Assembly: GCF_001194135.2 (NCBI RefSeq)
Contig: NC_068995.1
Location: forward strand, 37,106,711 to 37,157,986
From: Octopus bimaculoides
Taxonomy: Eukaryota
Direction of reading: 5' to 3'
Length of the DNA: 51,276 nucleotides
This document shows positions 1 through 12,323 of this stretch, in pieces. Position 1 is the first letter of the stretch. Every line of letters begins with the position of its first letter. The notes under the pieces were generated by a model. The model was not told the origin of the DNA. It did not search any database and worked only from the letters and a program-made list of their open reading frames with translations. Made by a program: the position numbers and the translations under genes.

Positions 1-16
1 TATATATATATATATA

Positions 17-328
17 CCGCCTGACTGGCCTTGTAGGGTTTTCGAGCGAGATCGTTGCCAGTGCCCCTGGACTGGCTCTTGTGCGGGTGGCACATAAAAG
101 ACACCATTTCGAGCGTGGCCGTTTTCGTGCGGGTGACACGTAAAAGCACCCACTACACTTTCTGAGTGGTTGGCGTTAGGAAGGGCATCCAGCTGTAGAA
201 ACTCTGCCAAATTAGATTGGAGCCTGCTGTTGCCATCCGGTTTCACCAGTCCTCAGTCAAATCGTCCAACCCATGCTAGCATGGAAGGCGGACGTTAAAC
301 GATGATGATGATGATGATGATGATGATG
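17..328 (+). mobile_element. SINE 3' portion with RTE-type tail ending in (GAT)n
   Basis: GC-rich body containing ggttggcgttaggaagggcatccagctgtag, ending tcgtccaacccatgctagcatggaaggcggacgttaaac(gat)n. RTE affinity is inferred from the tail style. Confidence 0.65.
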
Positions 329-758
329 TTTTCATAAGCTGTACACAGACTAGTTTCATTTAGTTTTCTGTTTTATTAGTTACTTTGTATAGGTACAAAG
401 AAATATACATATATTTAATAGCCGTCATCCGCATGAGAAGTAATAGAAAAGGTGGTGGTGCTTACATATATGATGTTAAAAACATAAAAGATTTAATGAA
501 GTAATGCAGGAAAATGTTGATAATATATTCCTGTTCCTTCGGTAAGTACGTCAGCTAACTCCGGATACAGGAGTGATGTTTTTCGTTCGTAAGACGTCTG
601 ATTAATATATTATGCAAACGATTCTATTTTCCTCCACTAATCAGTGTGGCGCAGTACCCTAAAGGCTATACTTCACGGGTGAGGCGTTAATGAGACAGGA
701 ACATGCTCAAAGATGTTTTCCGTAATTGATAAAATATGAAAATATTCGTTTAGCAGTA

Positions 759-900
759 AGGCGACGAGCTGGCAGAGTTGTTAGTAGGCCGGGCAAAATG
801 CTAATAGGTTCTGAGTTCAAATTTCACCGAGGTTGATTTTTGCTTTTCATCCTTTCGGGACCGATAAAATAAGTACCCCGAACTTGTGCCAAAATTTGAA
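759..900 (+). mobile_element. SINE family A copy (degraded)
   Basis: ggcgacgagctggcagag... head, B-box-like gagttcaaatttc, and gataaaataagtacc body shared with about 20 copies in the window. Confidence 0.8.
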
Positions 901-1336
901 GCAAAAATTTGTCTAGCAGCATCCATATTGTCTACTAGTTTCTTTTCATTACACTTTGAGTGAAATAAGGTAGCTTAGCTATAGTTCATATAGATTAACC
1001 ACATTAGACGGGAGAAGTGTCAAATATTTATTAAATAACTTGGAAATTTGTTTTACTCGGGCCTAGTCATGATTTATGAAAGTATTAACTTTGCGTATTG
1101 CCAATATTTCTTCTTAACTACTTTCCCTTTGACATTCTTTCGAACATTTTAAAACCTATTGGCTACATGTAAACTGGAAACGAGAATCTATTTCTGCTTG
1201 TACGCCGTAGGACATAATAAAAGAGATATTGGTTGAAATGTTATTCTGCATACAACGCAGGAAGTACAGTTTGGTATTGCCTAATTTGAATTTTTGGACA
1301 CTTCACAGCATTATCTTTAACTGAAACACGCGTATT

Positions 1337-1402
<66 letters not shown>

Positions 1403-1760
1403 TTGTGTTGATGCCATCACATTCTGTCATTCTATCACGTACAAATATGTAGGCATCCTTATTCATAAAATATCAGACAAGATTTTGTGTTAGTGTCGTA
1501 TTCAGTAAAGAAACTATATTTGATATAAGAAACTCAAGGATATTGGTTGGCAGGAAAGGACAAGGTATAGCATTTTAATTAATTTCAGATAGAAAGTAAT
1601 TTGTAATTCAGAGAAGTCAAACTATTATTTAATATTACCGATATATTTGACTGATGTTTCCTTTTAATCATCTCTCCACATATTCAGTTTCATTTTTGCT
1701 GAGTTAACCAGGGTAGATGATGATAACGACGACAATGTTGTTGTGAATGATGATGAGGCT

Positions 1761-1858
1761 GCTAGTGCAGATACTGCTACTGCAGATACTGCTAGTGCAG
1801 ATACTGCTAGTGCAGATACTGCTAGTGCAGATACTGCTAGTGCAGATACTGCTAGTGC
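1761..1858. repeat. 15-bp minisatellite (GCTAGTGCAGATACT), 6 full units plus a partial unit
   Basis: Units start at 1761, 1776, 1791, 1806, 1821, 1836 and 1851; one variant unit. Confidence 0.97.
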
Positions 1859-1973
1859 TAGTGGGAATGATAATGGTTCATGTCGAAGCTCCAAATCATG
1901 TACGTAATAAAAGACAATAATAAAGGCAATATAGTGCCATCAAACTAAAAAAAATACGAACAACATATACGAT

Positions 1974-2147
1974 AGGCGCAGGAGTTGCAGTGTGGTAAGA
2001 AGCTTGTTTACCAACCACATGGTTCCGGGTTCAGTCCCACTGCGTGGTACCTTGGGCAAGTGTCTTCTACTATAGCCTCGGGCCGACCAAAGCCTTGTGA
2101 ATGGATTTGGTAGACGGAATCTGAAAGAGGCCCGTCGTGTGTTTGTG

Positions 2148-2179
<32 letters not shown>

Positions 2180-2634
2180 TGTATGTATGTATATGTGAGT
2201 GGAGGTGCAATGGCCCAGTGGTTANNNNNNNNNNNNNNNNNNNNNNNNNNNNNNNNNNNNNNNNNNNNNNNNNNNNNNNNNNNNNNNNNNNNNNNNNNNN
2301 NNNNNNNNNNNNNNNNNNNNNNNNNNNNNNNNNNNNNNNNNNNNNNNNNNNNNNNNNNNNNNNNNNNNNNNNNNNNNNNNNNNNNNNNNNNNNNNNNNNN
2401 NNNNNNNNNNNNNNNNNNNNNNNNNNNNNNNNNNNNNNNNNNNNNNNNNNNNNNNNNNNNNNNNNNNNNNNNNNNNNNNNNNNNNNNNNNNNNNNNNNNN
2501 NNNNNNNNNNNNNNNNNNNNNNNNNNNNNNNNNNNNNNNNNNNNNNNNNNNNNNNNNNNNNNNNNNNNNNNNNNNNNNNNNNNNNNNNNNNNNNNNNNNN
2601 NNNNNNNNNNNNNNNNNNNNNNNNNNNNNNNNNA

Positions 2635-2666
<32 letters not shown>

Positions 2667-2856
2667 TCCCCCCAGGATCGCTCGACAACTGATGCTGATG
2701 CGTTTACGTCCCCGTAACGTAGCGGTTCGGCAAAAAAGACCGATAGAATAAGTACTAGGCTTACAAAGAATAGGTCCAGTGGTCGATTTGGTCGACTAAA
2801 GGCTATGCTCCAGCATAGCCGCAGTAAAATGACTGAAACAAGTAAAAGAATAAAAA
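1974..2856 (+). mobile_element. SINE family B (tRNA head plus CORE-like segment), bipartite with an internal microsatellite; interrupted by another SINE and a gap
   Basis: A box gtgtggtaag, B box gggttcagtccc, CORE-like ccttgggcaagtgtcttct, and 3' half ending gactgaaacaagtaaaagaataaa. Related pieces at 50408-50570, 32645-32685 and 10530-10580. Confidence 0.8.
2199..2224 (+). mobile_element. Head of a SINE family C copy running into the gap
   Basis: gtggaggtgcaatggcccagtggtta matches, with one mismatch, the head of the complete copy at 28827-29220. Confidence 0.75.
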
Positions 2857-3299
2857 AATAGCATATTCATATAAAAACAAAAATGCCCGTGCGCGCACAC
2901 ACACATATGCACACACACATACATATATATATACACATGTACATATATATTTAACATTTTAAACAAGAATGTTGTTGACAGTGACTTCAAAGCTTTGACG
3001 AGCTAAGCTATCGTCGGACTGCTCCCGCCCGACGATGGCCTAGTTCGAAGTCACTATTTAGCATTCTTGTTTAAGAATAATAAATTTGTACTCTACAAAA
3101 AGTACAGAGTTAACAATTTGATTGATGTAAAATTGTTTTTATTATAACTGAACATAAAAACAAACATGGCTAGTTGCTGACATATTTTTCAACTCTGTAA
3201 GGATTTTATCCTATATATGCTGCTCTATCAGTACTTACGCGTTCGTATGTATGTATGTATGTATGTATGTATGTATGTATGTATGTATGTGTGTGTGTA

Positions 3300-3350
<51 letters not shown>

Positions 3351-4460
3351 AATATATATAAATAAATATATACACTCATATAGTTGTCAAGAAATCTAAG
3401 TCACAAAAACAGGCACTCATTTATTTGTTAATAGCGTTGGTATATTATTATTATTATTATTATAAAGAAACGATTCCTACATATTTTTCTATAACTCTTT
3501 ACTTCTAAAAGGGCGTCATTCGCTAATTTATATTTTTCTGTTACATCTTATAGCTTTTCATCCAACAGTTTCCTATTGACTTCAATAGTAATTATGCCCT
3601 GAGCGGATGTCGAACACGTGGTTCGAAGTCTGCTGGAAGACGATGTATGACATTGACATATGATGTGCTGGAAGTCGATGAGAGCGGTTTTATGTAGTAG
3701 TCGATGTGTGGGCCGATGTGCGGCGGTTGAGATCGAGCAGTTCGTATTGAAAAATTGACACTGTAGTTGGTGTCAGAAGTGGAATATGTATTGCGACTGT
3801 AAATGTCAGTAGTTAATGTGAACCGTGACGGTTTTGAACTGGCTGCGAAAATAGTCAATGTGAAGTTGGCATCAGTGGTTTGTGTGAACAGTGGCGTCTT
3901 TGCTGCGAGGAGAACGCTTACAAGTCGGTTCGATGCGAAGGTGAATGTGACTCGGTTAATGTGAACAGCAGCGTCTTTGTAAGGTGGAAAGTTTTGAACT
4001 AGTTGCGAAAATAGTCAGTGAACTTGGCAACGTAAAGAATGCAGAGTATGAAGCTGGTACCGGACTAACGTGAATTCAGAAGTAACAGTGTCCAGTTGGA
4101 AAAAAAAAAGATAGAAAATAAATCATCTATACATTCCAGATGTAAATGAAATAACTCTCTGAAATATATTCCATTAATATTTGTTCGCCTCTTAATTAAA
4201 ATTATTCTATGTTGCTTATGCGTAACGGTTTTTGTTTGTTATTTTCAACTCTTCTCACTTCTATAACTACCACTCTTTTCTTTCTAAGCAAGTTGGCTTG
4301 CTGAACTCGCCTGTATATCTTCTGAGCTACGGACACAGACTGTTGGAGCCTGTTGGCAGTATCAGGAGGTCGCGCGGCGTAATAATATTTTATATTTTGT
4401 ATTTACATATTTATCCTTGACATATTTATATATCTAAAAGATTTGTATATTTTCATATAC

Positions 4461-4497
<37 letters not shown>

Positions 4498-6145
4498 GCG
4501 TACATTCGTGCCTACATGAGACATGTCGTTATATGCACATATGCATGCAGTATGTGTGTATCTGCGTGTATGCGCATGCGTGCATGTATCAGAATATGCA
4601 TATGTTGAATGATAAAGTTTTTGTTTATTACATTTATTTTTGTGATGAAAGCCTTTGCAATAGCTCCATCTCCTTTCCTGCTCGTCCCACCTCAGTATCA
4701 AATTTATTCATTTATCCTAGTAGCAGTTATCTTCTTTTATTTCCTTAGTTACTCTCTTTGTATTAAAAAAAAAAAAAACCAGTTTCTGTCTTTTCCGTCT
4801 ATCATTCTTTGTTATTCGAGATTTCAAGCATTGAAAGGAAGATATTAATAGAACAAGCCCATTTGCACAATTCCATTTACATCGGATGCATTAACACTTA
4901 GCAGCAAGCAAAGTGCCAGGGAATAAATAGAAAAAGGAAGGAGAAAAAAATGGAGAAAGAGAAACAAACTTTAATAATTTCGGATTTGAATATTTTTGTT
5001 TCTTGAACTAAAGAATTTCTAAACTAATAAATTTCATTTTTCGCAATACTATTTATTATAGCTTTTAGATGCTTTTTTTTCTCTATATCTTACACATGCC
5101 TCGACTGCGTTCTCACTGACAACTTTTCATTCTATTAGAGAATTTTAATACTGTTAATATGACAATGTCACAGTCTTGTAGGACAGTGGAACATAAAGCA
5201 GAAACAGGAAATATGAGCTTAATTATCTGAAGATCTTAAATTAGTTCAAGAACTTTCTGTTGTAAATGCTCTGGAATTTTTAATAGCTGTCAGTAATGAA
5301 ATCTTCATATTGTAATTAAAAGAGCTGAATAGAAAACACAAGAGGAATAACCTGTAAATACTGTACAACACTAAAATGTCTGATTACCGAAGTAGAGAAA
5401 TCTTGAAGAACAATATTGATATTTAATAATTAATTGTATGTACGCATAATCCAGACAGTTACTGTCTATTATTATGAATATCTGATCACTATTGTTTTTC
5501 TTCGTCAGAGATCATCTCCCTTTAGACGACGTTTGTTAATAACAGGCACGATTCACAAGCGTAAGGGGACTTTGAGACAACGCGATGTTTTCGGCTTAGT
5601 TGTGTTTGATTATAGATAATTAGATTCAACGGAAATAGGCAAAAACACGAGATATTTAAATAATACGTGCACAGAACTTTCGAAATTTGACTAGAATGTA
5701 TATACAGCAACAGTAGCAATACATTTTTATCAGAAATAACTGCAAAATACAAAACTGCAACAGAAATAACACAACATCACTACTACCAATATCACCAAAC
5801 AAAAACAATAAACATCAACTGCAAAAAGCAAGTATTTCATCCTACTTTTTTTCATGACATCAATTGCTGTTAGCAACACGTTTGCGATGTGAATTTTTTT
5901 CTTGTCTTTTAAGTAAAATATCTGACATTAGAAAGTATAGGTCAATATTACTGGTTGACAAGTTGTTACATTCGCCTGAAGTGTTCAGTTATAAATACCT
6001 TCTTTAGCAAATTAAAAAAAAGATCTGTAATAAATAAAAGTACGCAGTAAAGCAACTACAAGAACATCAACGACAGTAACAACTACAAGTAACATCGACA
6101 GCAAAGAAAAGCAGCACTGACAGCAATAATCCAAAAGGTACTTAC

Positions 6146-6399
6146 AAACTTTACTTGTTGGTTTTGAATTGGCTTAGAATTATCTTCAACGAGAGTTGCA
6201 GAATATAACTGTTGAGAGAATTTTGGTGGATTATCATTAACATCGATAATATCAACGCTTACAGTTGACGAAACGGTATTTGAAGGATATCCACTATCTG
6301 CCACCAATATCTGAAATGTATAGCTTAAGGTTGTCTCCGCGTCGAGCAATGTTTTAGTAACCACCATTCCCGTATTTTCATCGATAGTAAAGGGTAAAT
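6146..6399 (-). CDS. Cadherin gene, exon G (254 nt, phase 1-0; last exon found)
   Basis: Acceptor tatacattttcag| and donor ttt|gtaagt (in-frame alternative donor caa|gtaaag ends the exon at 6155). Encodes (N)LPFTIDENTGMVVTKTLLDAETTLSYTFQILVADSGYPSNTVSSTVSVDIIDVNDNPPKFSQQLYSATLVEDNSKPIQNQQVKF. Confidence 0.93.
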
Positions 6400-7671
6400 C
6401 TGAAAATGTATACATATAAGTTATTAATGAAAAAAAAAATCATGGCTGAGTAGGCATTCTAGATTGTAAGTTTTAGGTTGTTCGATCAGCTTAATCATTT
6501 ACATATTGAATTGAAATACAAATGGCTGAGTATTCCATAGATTCATGTACTTCAATGTAATCCTAGGGCAAGAAACAGCGTGACACATGATATAACAAGA
6601 CTGGATATTTGAATTGTATATATATATATATATATATACATGTATATATGTGTGTGTACATATATATATATATATGTATATATATGTGGCTATAAACTCC
6701 CATAGCTAGAAATTCTTCCTTGACCAGGTCGACTAGGTGGTACAGCTCATATTCTGTCACTCATTGGGCAGAATATCTTCCAGTTCTTTCAAGAATATAT
6801 TAAAGCCCTAACTCTGTTTTTGAAAAACAGAAGTATATGCCTTTCTTTTTTGCCATTCTTGGGTAAATTCCTTGGCCTTGGAGGTATTCATCTGTGCCAT
6901 AACTTTTATTTGCATTTTCTTTCACTCTTTTTATCTCACTAAGCAAGCTAAAGGAGAATTTGATTTTTTGGGGGTGCTCTAGTTATTGTAATCTAAAATA
7001 GAATTTTCGATACAATTTTTGCGCTTTTTTAAATTGTTAGTATTTGTGTTTAAATGTGTATCGGTTTAGTTGTAATTTTTGTTGGACGCAGCGGGGGATG
7101 TTTCTTTTTTTAAAACTCTTTGTGACTGAAGAAGACTTCCATGCTAATTTCCTTATTACCATCATTCTAGGCTTGAACTTTTCCGCTACTGTAGAGATAA
7201 CCATATTGAGTCACTTATACAGAAAGTAAAATAGACAATTACAGACAATTTACGTTTCACGTCATGAAATATGTTTACAGAAACATTGATTTATATTCGC
7301 CTGGAATAAATGGTTATTCATACTAACTAATGTATATCTTATTAAGCACAGTCTTTCTACCATTTATTACTTGCTGTTAGCTTCACTTTAGCAATGTTTA
7401 TGTATAGTTATATACATTCTAACATCTTTATTACTTCTTTTGTTCTAATACGTCTAAGAATGGCAGTTGGTTATTAAATTTCTTCTCCAGAGTGAAACAC
7501 CGAATTTATATGATCATATGTAGATAGGAACTTTGATAACTTTTTGCATAAACTTTCAACATTATCGATATCGATCGCATAGCCATATCTACACTCTTTA
7601 CATGTTGATATAAGTTGTTTAATATTTACCTTTATGTGAAAACATAAAACACTAATTATCAATATTAACAC

Positions 7672-8305
7672 AGGCGGCGAGCTGGCAGAAACGTTGGCGC
7701 GCCGGGAGAAATGCTTAGCGGTATTTCATTTGTCTTTACGTTCTGAGTTCAAATTCCGCCGAGGTCGACTTTGCCTGTCACCCTTTCGGGGCCGATAAAT
7801 TAAGTACCAGTTGTGTACTGGGGTCGATCTAATCGACTGGCCACCTCCCCCCAAAATATCGGGCCTTGTGCCTAGAAAAGTTAAAAATCACGAGCGCACC
7901 GGGCAAAATGTTTAGCGGCATTTCGTCCGTCTTTACTTTCTTAGTTTAAATTCCACCAAGATCGACTTTGCTTTTCATACTTTCGAAGTCGATAAAACAA
8001 GTACCAGTTAAGCACTGGAATAAATGTGATCGACTCTTCCCTCTCCCACAAAATTTCAGGCCTTGTACCTATAGTAGAAAGGAATGCTAACACTATCCTA
8101 AGGCGGCGTGCTGGCAGAATCATTAGCACGCCAGGAAAAATGTTTAGTGGCATTTCCTCCATCTTTTTGTTCAGATTCTACAAAGGTCGACTTTGCCTTC
8201 CATCCTTTCGGGGTCGATAAAATAAGCATCAATTGAGCACCGGGGTTGATGTATTCTACTTGATCCCTCCCTCCAAAATTGCTGGCCTTGTGCCAGAATT
8301 TGATC
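7672..8305 (+). mobile_element. Three head-to-tail SINE family A copies (about 7672-7880, 7895-8083, 8100-8305)
   Basis: Repeated ggcggcgagctggcagaa...gagttcaaattcc...gtcgactttgcc...gataaaataagtaccag...ggccttgtgcc. Confidence 0.9.
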
Positions 8306-8790
8306 TCAATAGTAACAGTATCCTGTGCTTTATGAAAAAGTGAGATTTGTTGTGTAAATGCAGTTCTCAATAGAATTAAGGGTGAACGTCAAGTTAAATA
8401 ATGCAAAATCGAAGTTGGGTTCTAAAAGTGTACCTTTGAAATCTACTTTTAATATACAGCAACTGACTAGATATTCTGGTATATTTTAAAATAAGACATT
8501 TAAAGAAAATAATTATTTTGATTTTCTTTTCCAAACTCTCAAATATTTTCTTCAAGTACTTCAGTCATGATTTGTTTACTTTCATTTTTTTCATTTTCTT
8601 TTGCAAAGAAATTTCTTTTCAATACGTATGGCGAATGAGAATAATTTGAACTACTTGATTATAATTGACATTAAGAAGCTGGAAAAATACAAAGAAAATG
8701 TACAATGCTTGACAGTTGTAGCTCTTTAGTGGACACTTATTCAAAAATAAGTTAATATTGCTTCATAATCATCGTTTCTGAACGGATAAC

Positions 8791-8896
8791 AGGCAAAGTC
8801 GACCCCGGCGGAATTTGAATTCAGAAGGTACAGACAGACCGAATGCCGCTAAGCATTTTGCCTAGCGTGCTAACGATTCTGCCAGCTTAGCGCCTC
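8791..8896 (-). mobile_element. SINE family A, 5' part
   Basis: Reverse complement of the family A head, directly abutting the mariner inverted repeat. Confidence 0.8.
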
Positions 8897-8899
8897 ATA

Positions 8900-9806
8900 T
8901 TGGGTCATCCCATAAGTAATGCGGTTTTTTTCAATTGTATGAACTAAAAGTCGGAGGTGGGTGGGATAAACTACCTGCATTAGCTTGCTATAAAAGCAGA
9001 TAGTAATTTTACGTTGTATTTATTCTTAGTGCAAGTTTTGAAGAGTGCAGTTCGATTTTAACAGTTATTTATTCAAAGCTATAATGGAGGATATTCAGCA
9101 TATTTTGCTTAATGAGTTCAATAAGGCAACAAGTAACAAAAGTGCGAGGAATATTAATGCAGTATATGGGGATTGGACAATAAGCGTAAATCAGTGTCAA
9201 TTGTGGTTCCAGAAATTCCGAGCCGGAAACTACTGCTTAGAAGACGAGCCTCATCCTGGAACCCTGGAAGATCTGTAGAGCTCGACGAGGACATCCTGCA
9301 AACCCCGGTGGAAGAAAATCTCATCGTAACAGTTGAGGAACTAGCAGAGAAGCTTGGATTAGGTCATTTTGCGATTCATAGACGCCTGCACGCCATCGGT
9401 AAATGACCATCTTTGGTTTCAAGACAAAAAGTGTTCTTCCATCCGGATAATGCTTGGCTCCATATAAAAAGGATGACATTCGAAAGGCTGGAGCAGTTTG
9501 AATGGGAAACGATGTCTCACCCACCATATTCGCTAGACATTGCACTATCTGATTATCATTTATTCCGCAGTTTTCAAAATTATTTGGACGGAAAAAAATA
9601 TGAATTCTGTATTCGAGGTCAGAACAGTACTGGAGGAGTATTTTTCGTCACGGACAAGTGAGTTTTGCAAGAGGGCCAGATAGATGGAAGAGCATTGTTG
9701 AAAATGAAGGAGAGTATATTTTAGATTAAAAAATAACTTTGTTTATCTTAATTTTTTTAAAATAAAAGAAGTATAAAATAGCCGTATTAATTATGGGATG
9801 ACCCAA
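8900..9806 (+). mobile_element. Internally deleted mariner transposon (cecropia/Hsmar1-like)
   Basis: TA | TIR ttgggtcatcccataa... and ...ttatgggatgacccaa | TA. Transposase remnants: HTH (ARNINAVYG...WFQKFRAG), HPDNA and HPPYSLDIALSDYHLF. The WVPHEL linker through the first catalytic Asp is missing (junction near 9403). Confidence 0.92.
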
Positions 9807-9842
9807 TATATATTTTAACAATGATTGGGAAATATTAACCTC

Positions 9843-10029
9843 ACATTTTGACACGAGGCCAGCAATTTTAGGGAATCGAGTAAGTCGGTGATATCGACTA
9901 GTACTTATTTTGTCAACACCGAAAAGGCAAAGTTGACCTCAGCGGAATTTGAACACTGAACATAAGGACGTACGAAATGCTGCTAAGCATTTTGTCTGGG
10001 GTGCGAACAGTTCTACCAGTTCGCTCACT
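9843..10029 (-). mobile_element. SINE family A copy
   Basis: Reverse complement of the family A consensus over most of its length. Confidence 0.8.
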
Positions 10030-10802
10030 AAACAAGTCTAAAATATCACCGATTTATTTTCATTAGGTTTTAGAAGAGGTCCAGTTCCTGCTGAAAGGAA
10101 AATGAGATTCTTGTATAGCCACTCTCATCTCAATTCTCATCGACCTGAACCATGATAAGCGTCTTTAACCCATACTCATCGTTTCTTTTTCGCGGCGCTC
10201 TGAACTCCTAAGTACATTATCCAACGCGTAATTTCGACCCCACAGCTTAGTAATTTTTTAAGACACTAAGATGAGAGAGATTGGACTGCTATCTCTCGTA
10301 GTTCAATTGACCCTGTAGCAGCTTTTTCATATTAATATGCTATAAATAAAAGAAAGGCCTCAGGTCTGAAGCGTTGTTATTCATTGGAGACTATGTTATT
10401 TTCACTACTCTCTATAATTATATACTGAGGTAATAATCCTTCTTCGTATTGAAATTAAAGAAAAAAGAGTGTGTTGTATAAAGAAAAACAATGTAAAAAA
10501 AAGATGAAAACCAAATGACGTAAACACATCAGCACCGCTTGTCAAGTGGTGGTGGTGGGGGACAAACACAGGCACACAGACATATAATCTTTACAAAAAG
10601 AGTTTAAATTAAATTTGACTTTTAACATTAATAAGGATTTCAGAGCACAACAAAAGAGTTAGAAGCCATTAAGTTAGATTAAGGGAAATTGAAGCAACAA
10701 TGGTTTGAATTCGATGAAGTATGTATGTTTGTAATTGTGATTTAAATGGCGAATATCCTGAGCCACATTTACAAAAATAAATAGAAATGAATATGTTCTT
10801 AC

Positions 10803-11084
10803 TGTCAGAGTCGGAGATTGAAAATTTCAGTTTCTCCTTCATACTTGTGTTGGTATTAGGATCAGAAGCATTAATTTTGCCTACAGTGAAACCGGGTGTA
10901 ACATTTTCTTGTACTTTAAAGTAATGTTTCTTCATGACAGCTGGTGGTTTATTCACTGACGTGTGGATAATAACTTGACCTTTAGAAGAAAGACGGGGTT
11001 CCCCTGAATCAATTATCTGTAAATCGAGTGTATATGTTTCCTGTTGGGGCTCACGTGTAATTATATCAACAGTTGTAAGTTCAC
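10803..11084 (-). CDS. Cadherin gene, exon F (282 nt, phase 1-1)
   Basis: Acceptor ttctctttttcag| and donor gaca|gtaaga. Encodes (G)ELTTVDIITREPQQETYTLDLQIIDSGEPRLSSKGQVIIHTSVNKPPAVMKKHYFKVQENVTPGFTVGKINASDPNTNTSMKEKLKFSISDSD. Confidence 0.9.
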
Positions 11085-11769
11085 CTGAAAAAGAGAATGA
11101 TATATAATTCACAAACACACTAAAGCTGAGATTTTTCTATCGTAATGTACACAGCATGACAACAAATGATAATTATCGAAAAATATGAATAGAAAATTTA
11201 TGAGGATTGCTTAAAGCAGAATCTTCAGCTGTGTTTATGAACTTGCTTTAAAGCTATAAAACTACCGAACCAATGATAAGGAACTAAAGCTTCCATTTTT
11301 ACATTTTCTTCCTGATAATTTTCTATACATAGAAAAATATGGAAGGCAAAACACATGGTACTCAAAATAAAATTTTTAAAAAAATCATCAAAAGAATCAT
11401 TTAACGAACACACTTTGAAGATAGTCTTCACAACTTTATGTTTAGACTAACCAAGATTAGGTGCAGAATGAATAACGAGATCCTATTTTGCGTCATGTGT
11501 AAAATTCTTGTGAATTATAAAAAATAGAAAGCAAAAGGTAAACAGAAATTAGCTTTTCAAATTATCACGCCCGTTATCACAAATGTGAATACATGTGCAG
11601 GAATTGTCGGTGTATTTCTATATTTCATTCAAAATAATTATTAATTGACGGTGCAGAAGAAATTATGCTTTGATTTGATGTTGTTTACTAATGTTGCTCA
11701 TATATATACGAAATCTAGAAAAAATTGACACCACTTTCTCTATTTCACGCACGATAGATATGTAAGTAG

Positions 11770-11770
<1 letters not shown>

Positions 11771-11828
<58 letters not shown>
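11771..11828. repeat. (CA)n microsatellite
   Basis: Uninterrupted CA run. Confidence 0.98.
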
Positions 11829-11830
<2 letters not shown>

Positions 11831-11949
11831 ATTTTATTATGTTGTATATGTATATCTATTTATATACACACACATGCGTAATTGCATATATATATATAAA
11901 ATTGAGAATGTGTATATATATGTATATATTTATATCTTTGTATATATAT

Positions 11950-12248
11950 TTCTGGAACCACAGTTGAGACCGGCATGCGCTTATTGTCCGATCCCCATAT
12001 TCTGCATTAATATTCCTCGCACTTTCCGATGCGTTGTTACTTTTATTGAACTCGCAAAACATGCCAAATGTGCTCCTGTGTCACTTCCAATATAGCTTTG
12101 AAAAAATAACTGTACTCTTCAGAACTTGCACTATGAATGAGGAGAAGGTAAAATTACTACCTGTTTGTATAGCAAGTTGATGCAGGTAGTTTATTCCGTC
12201 CCCCTGCGACTTTTTGTTCATGCAATTGAAAAAGCCGCATAACTTATA
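11950..12248 (-). mobile_element. 5' fragment of the same mariner family as 8900-9806
   Basis: Reverse-complement similarity to 8915-9210; encodes EFNKSNNASESARNINAEYGDRTISACRSQLWFQK; truncated by (TA)n on both sides. Confidence 0.85.
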
Positions 12249-12323
12249 TATATAGATACACACTCACACATACAGACATACAAATCTGTCAGTCTGTTTG
12301 TCTGTCTGTCTCTCTCTCATATA

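Noticed and set aside
1761-1858. CRISPR array
   Set aside because: The units are contiguous with no unique spacers, and the context is eukaryotic.
2008-2751. Four long ORFs of 172-226 aa
   Set aside because: They are made of N-gap codons and microsatellite translation.
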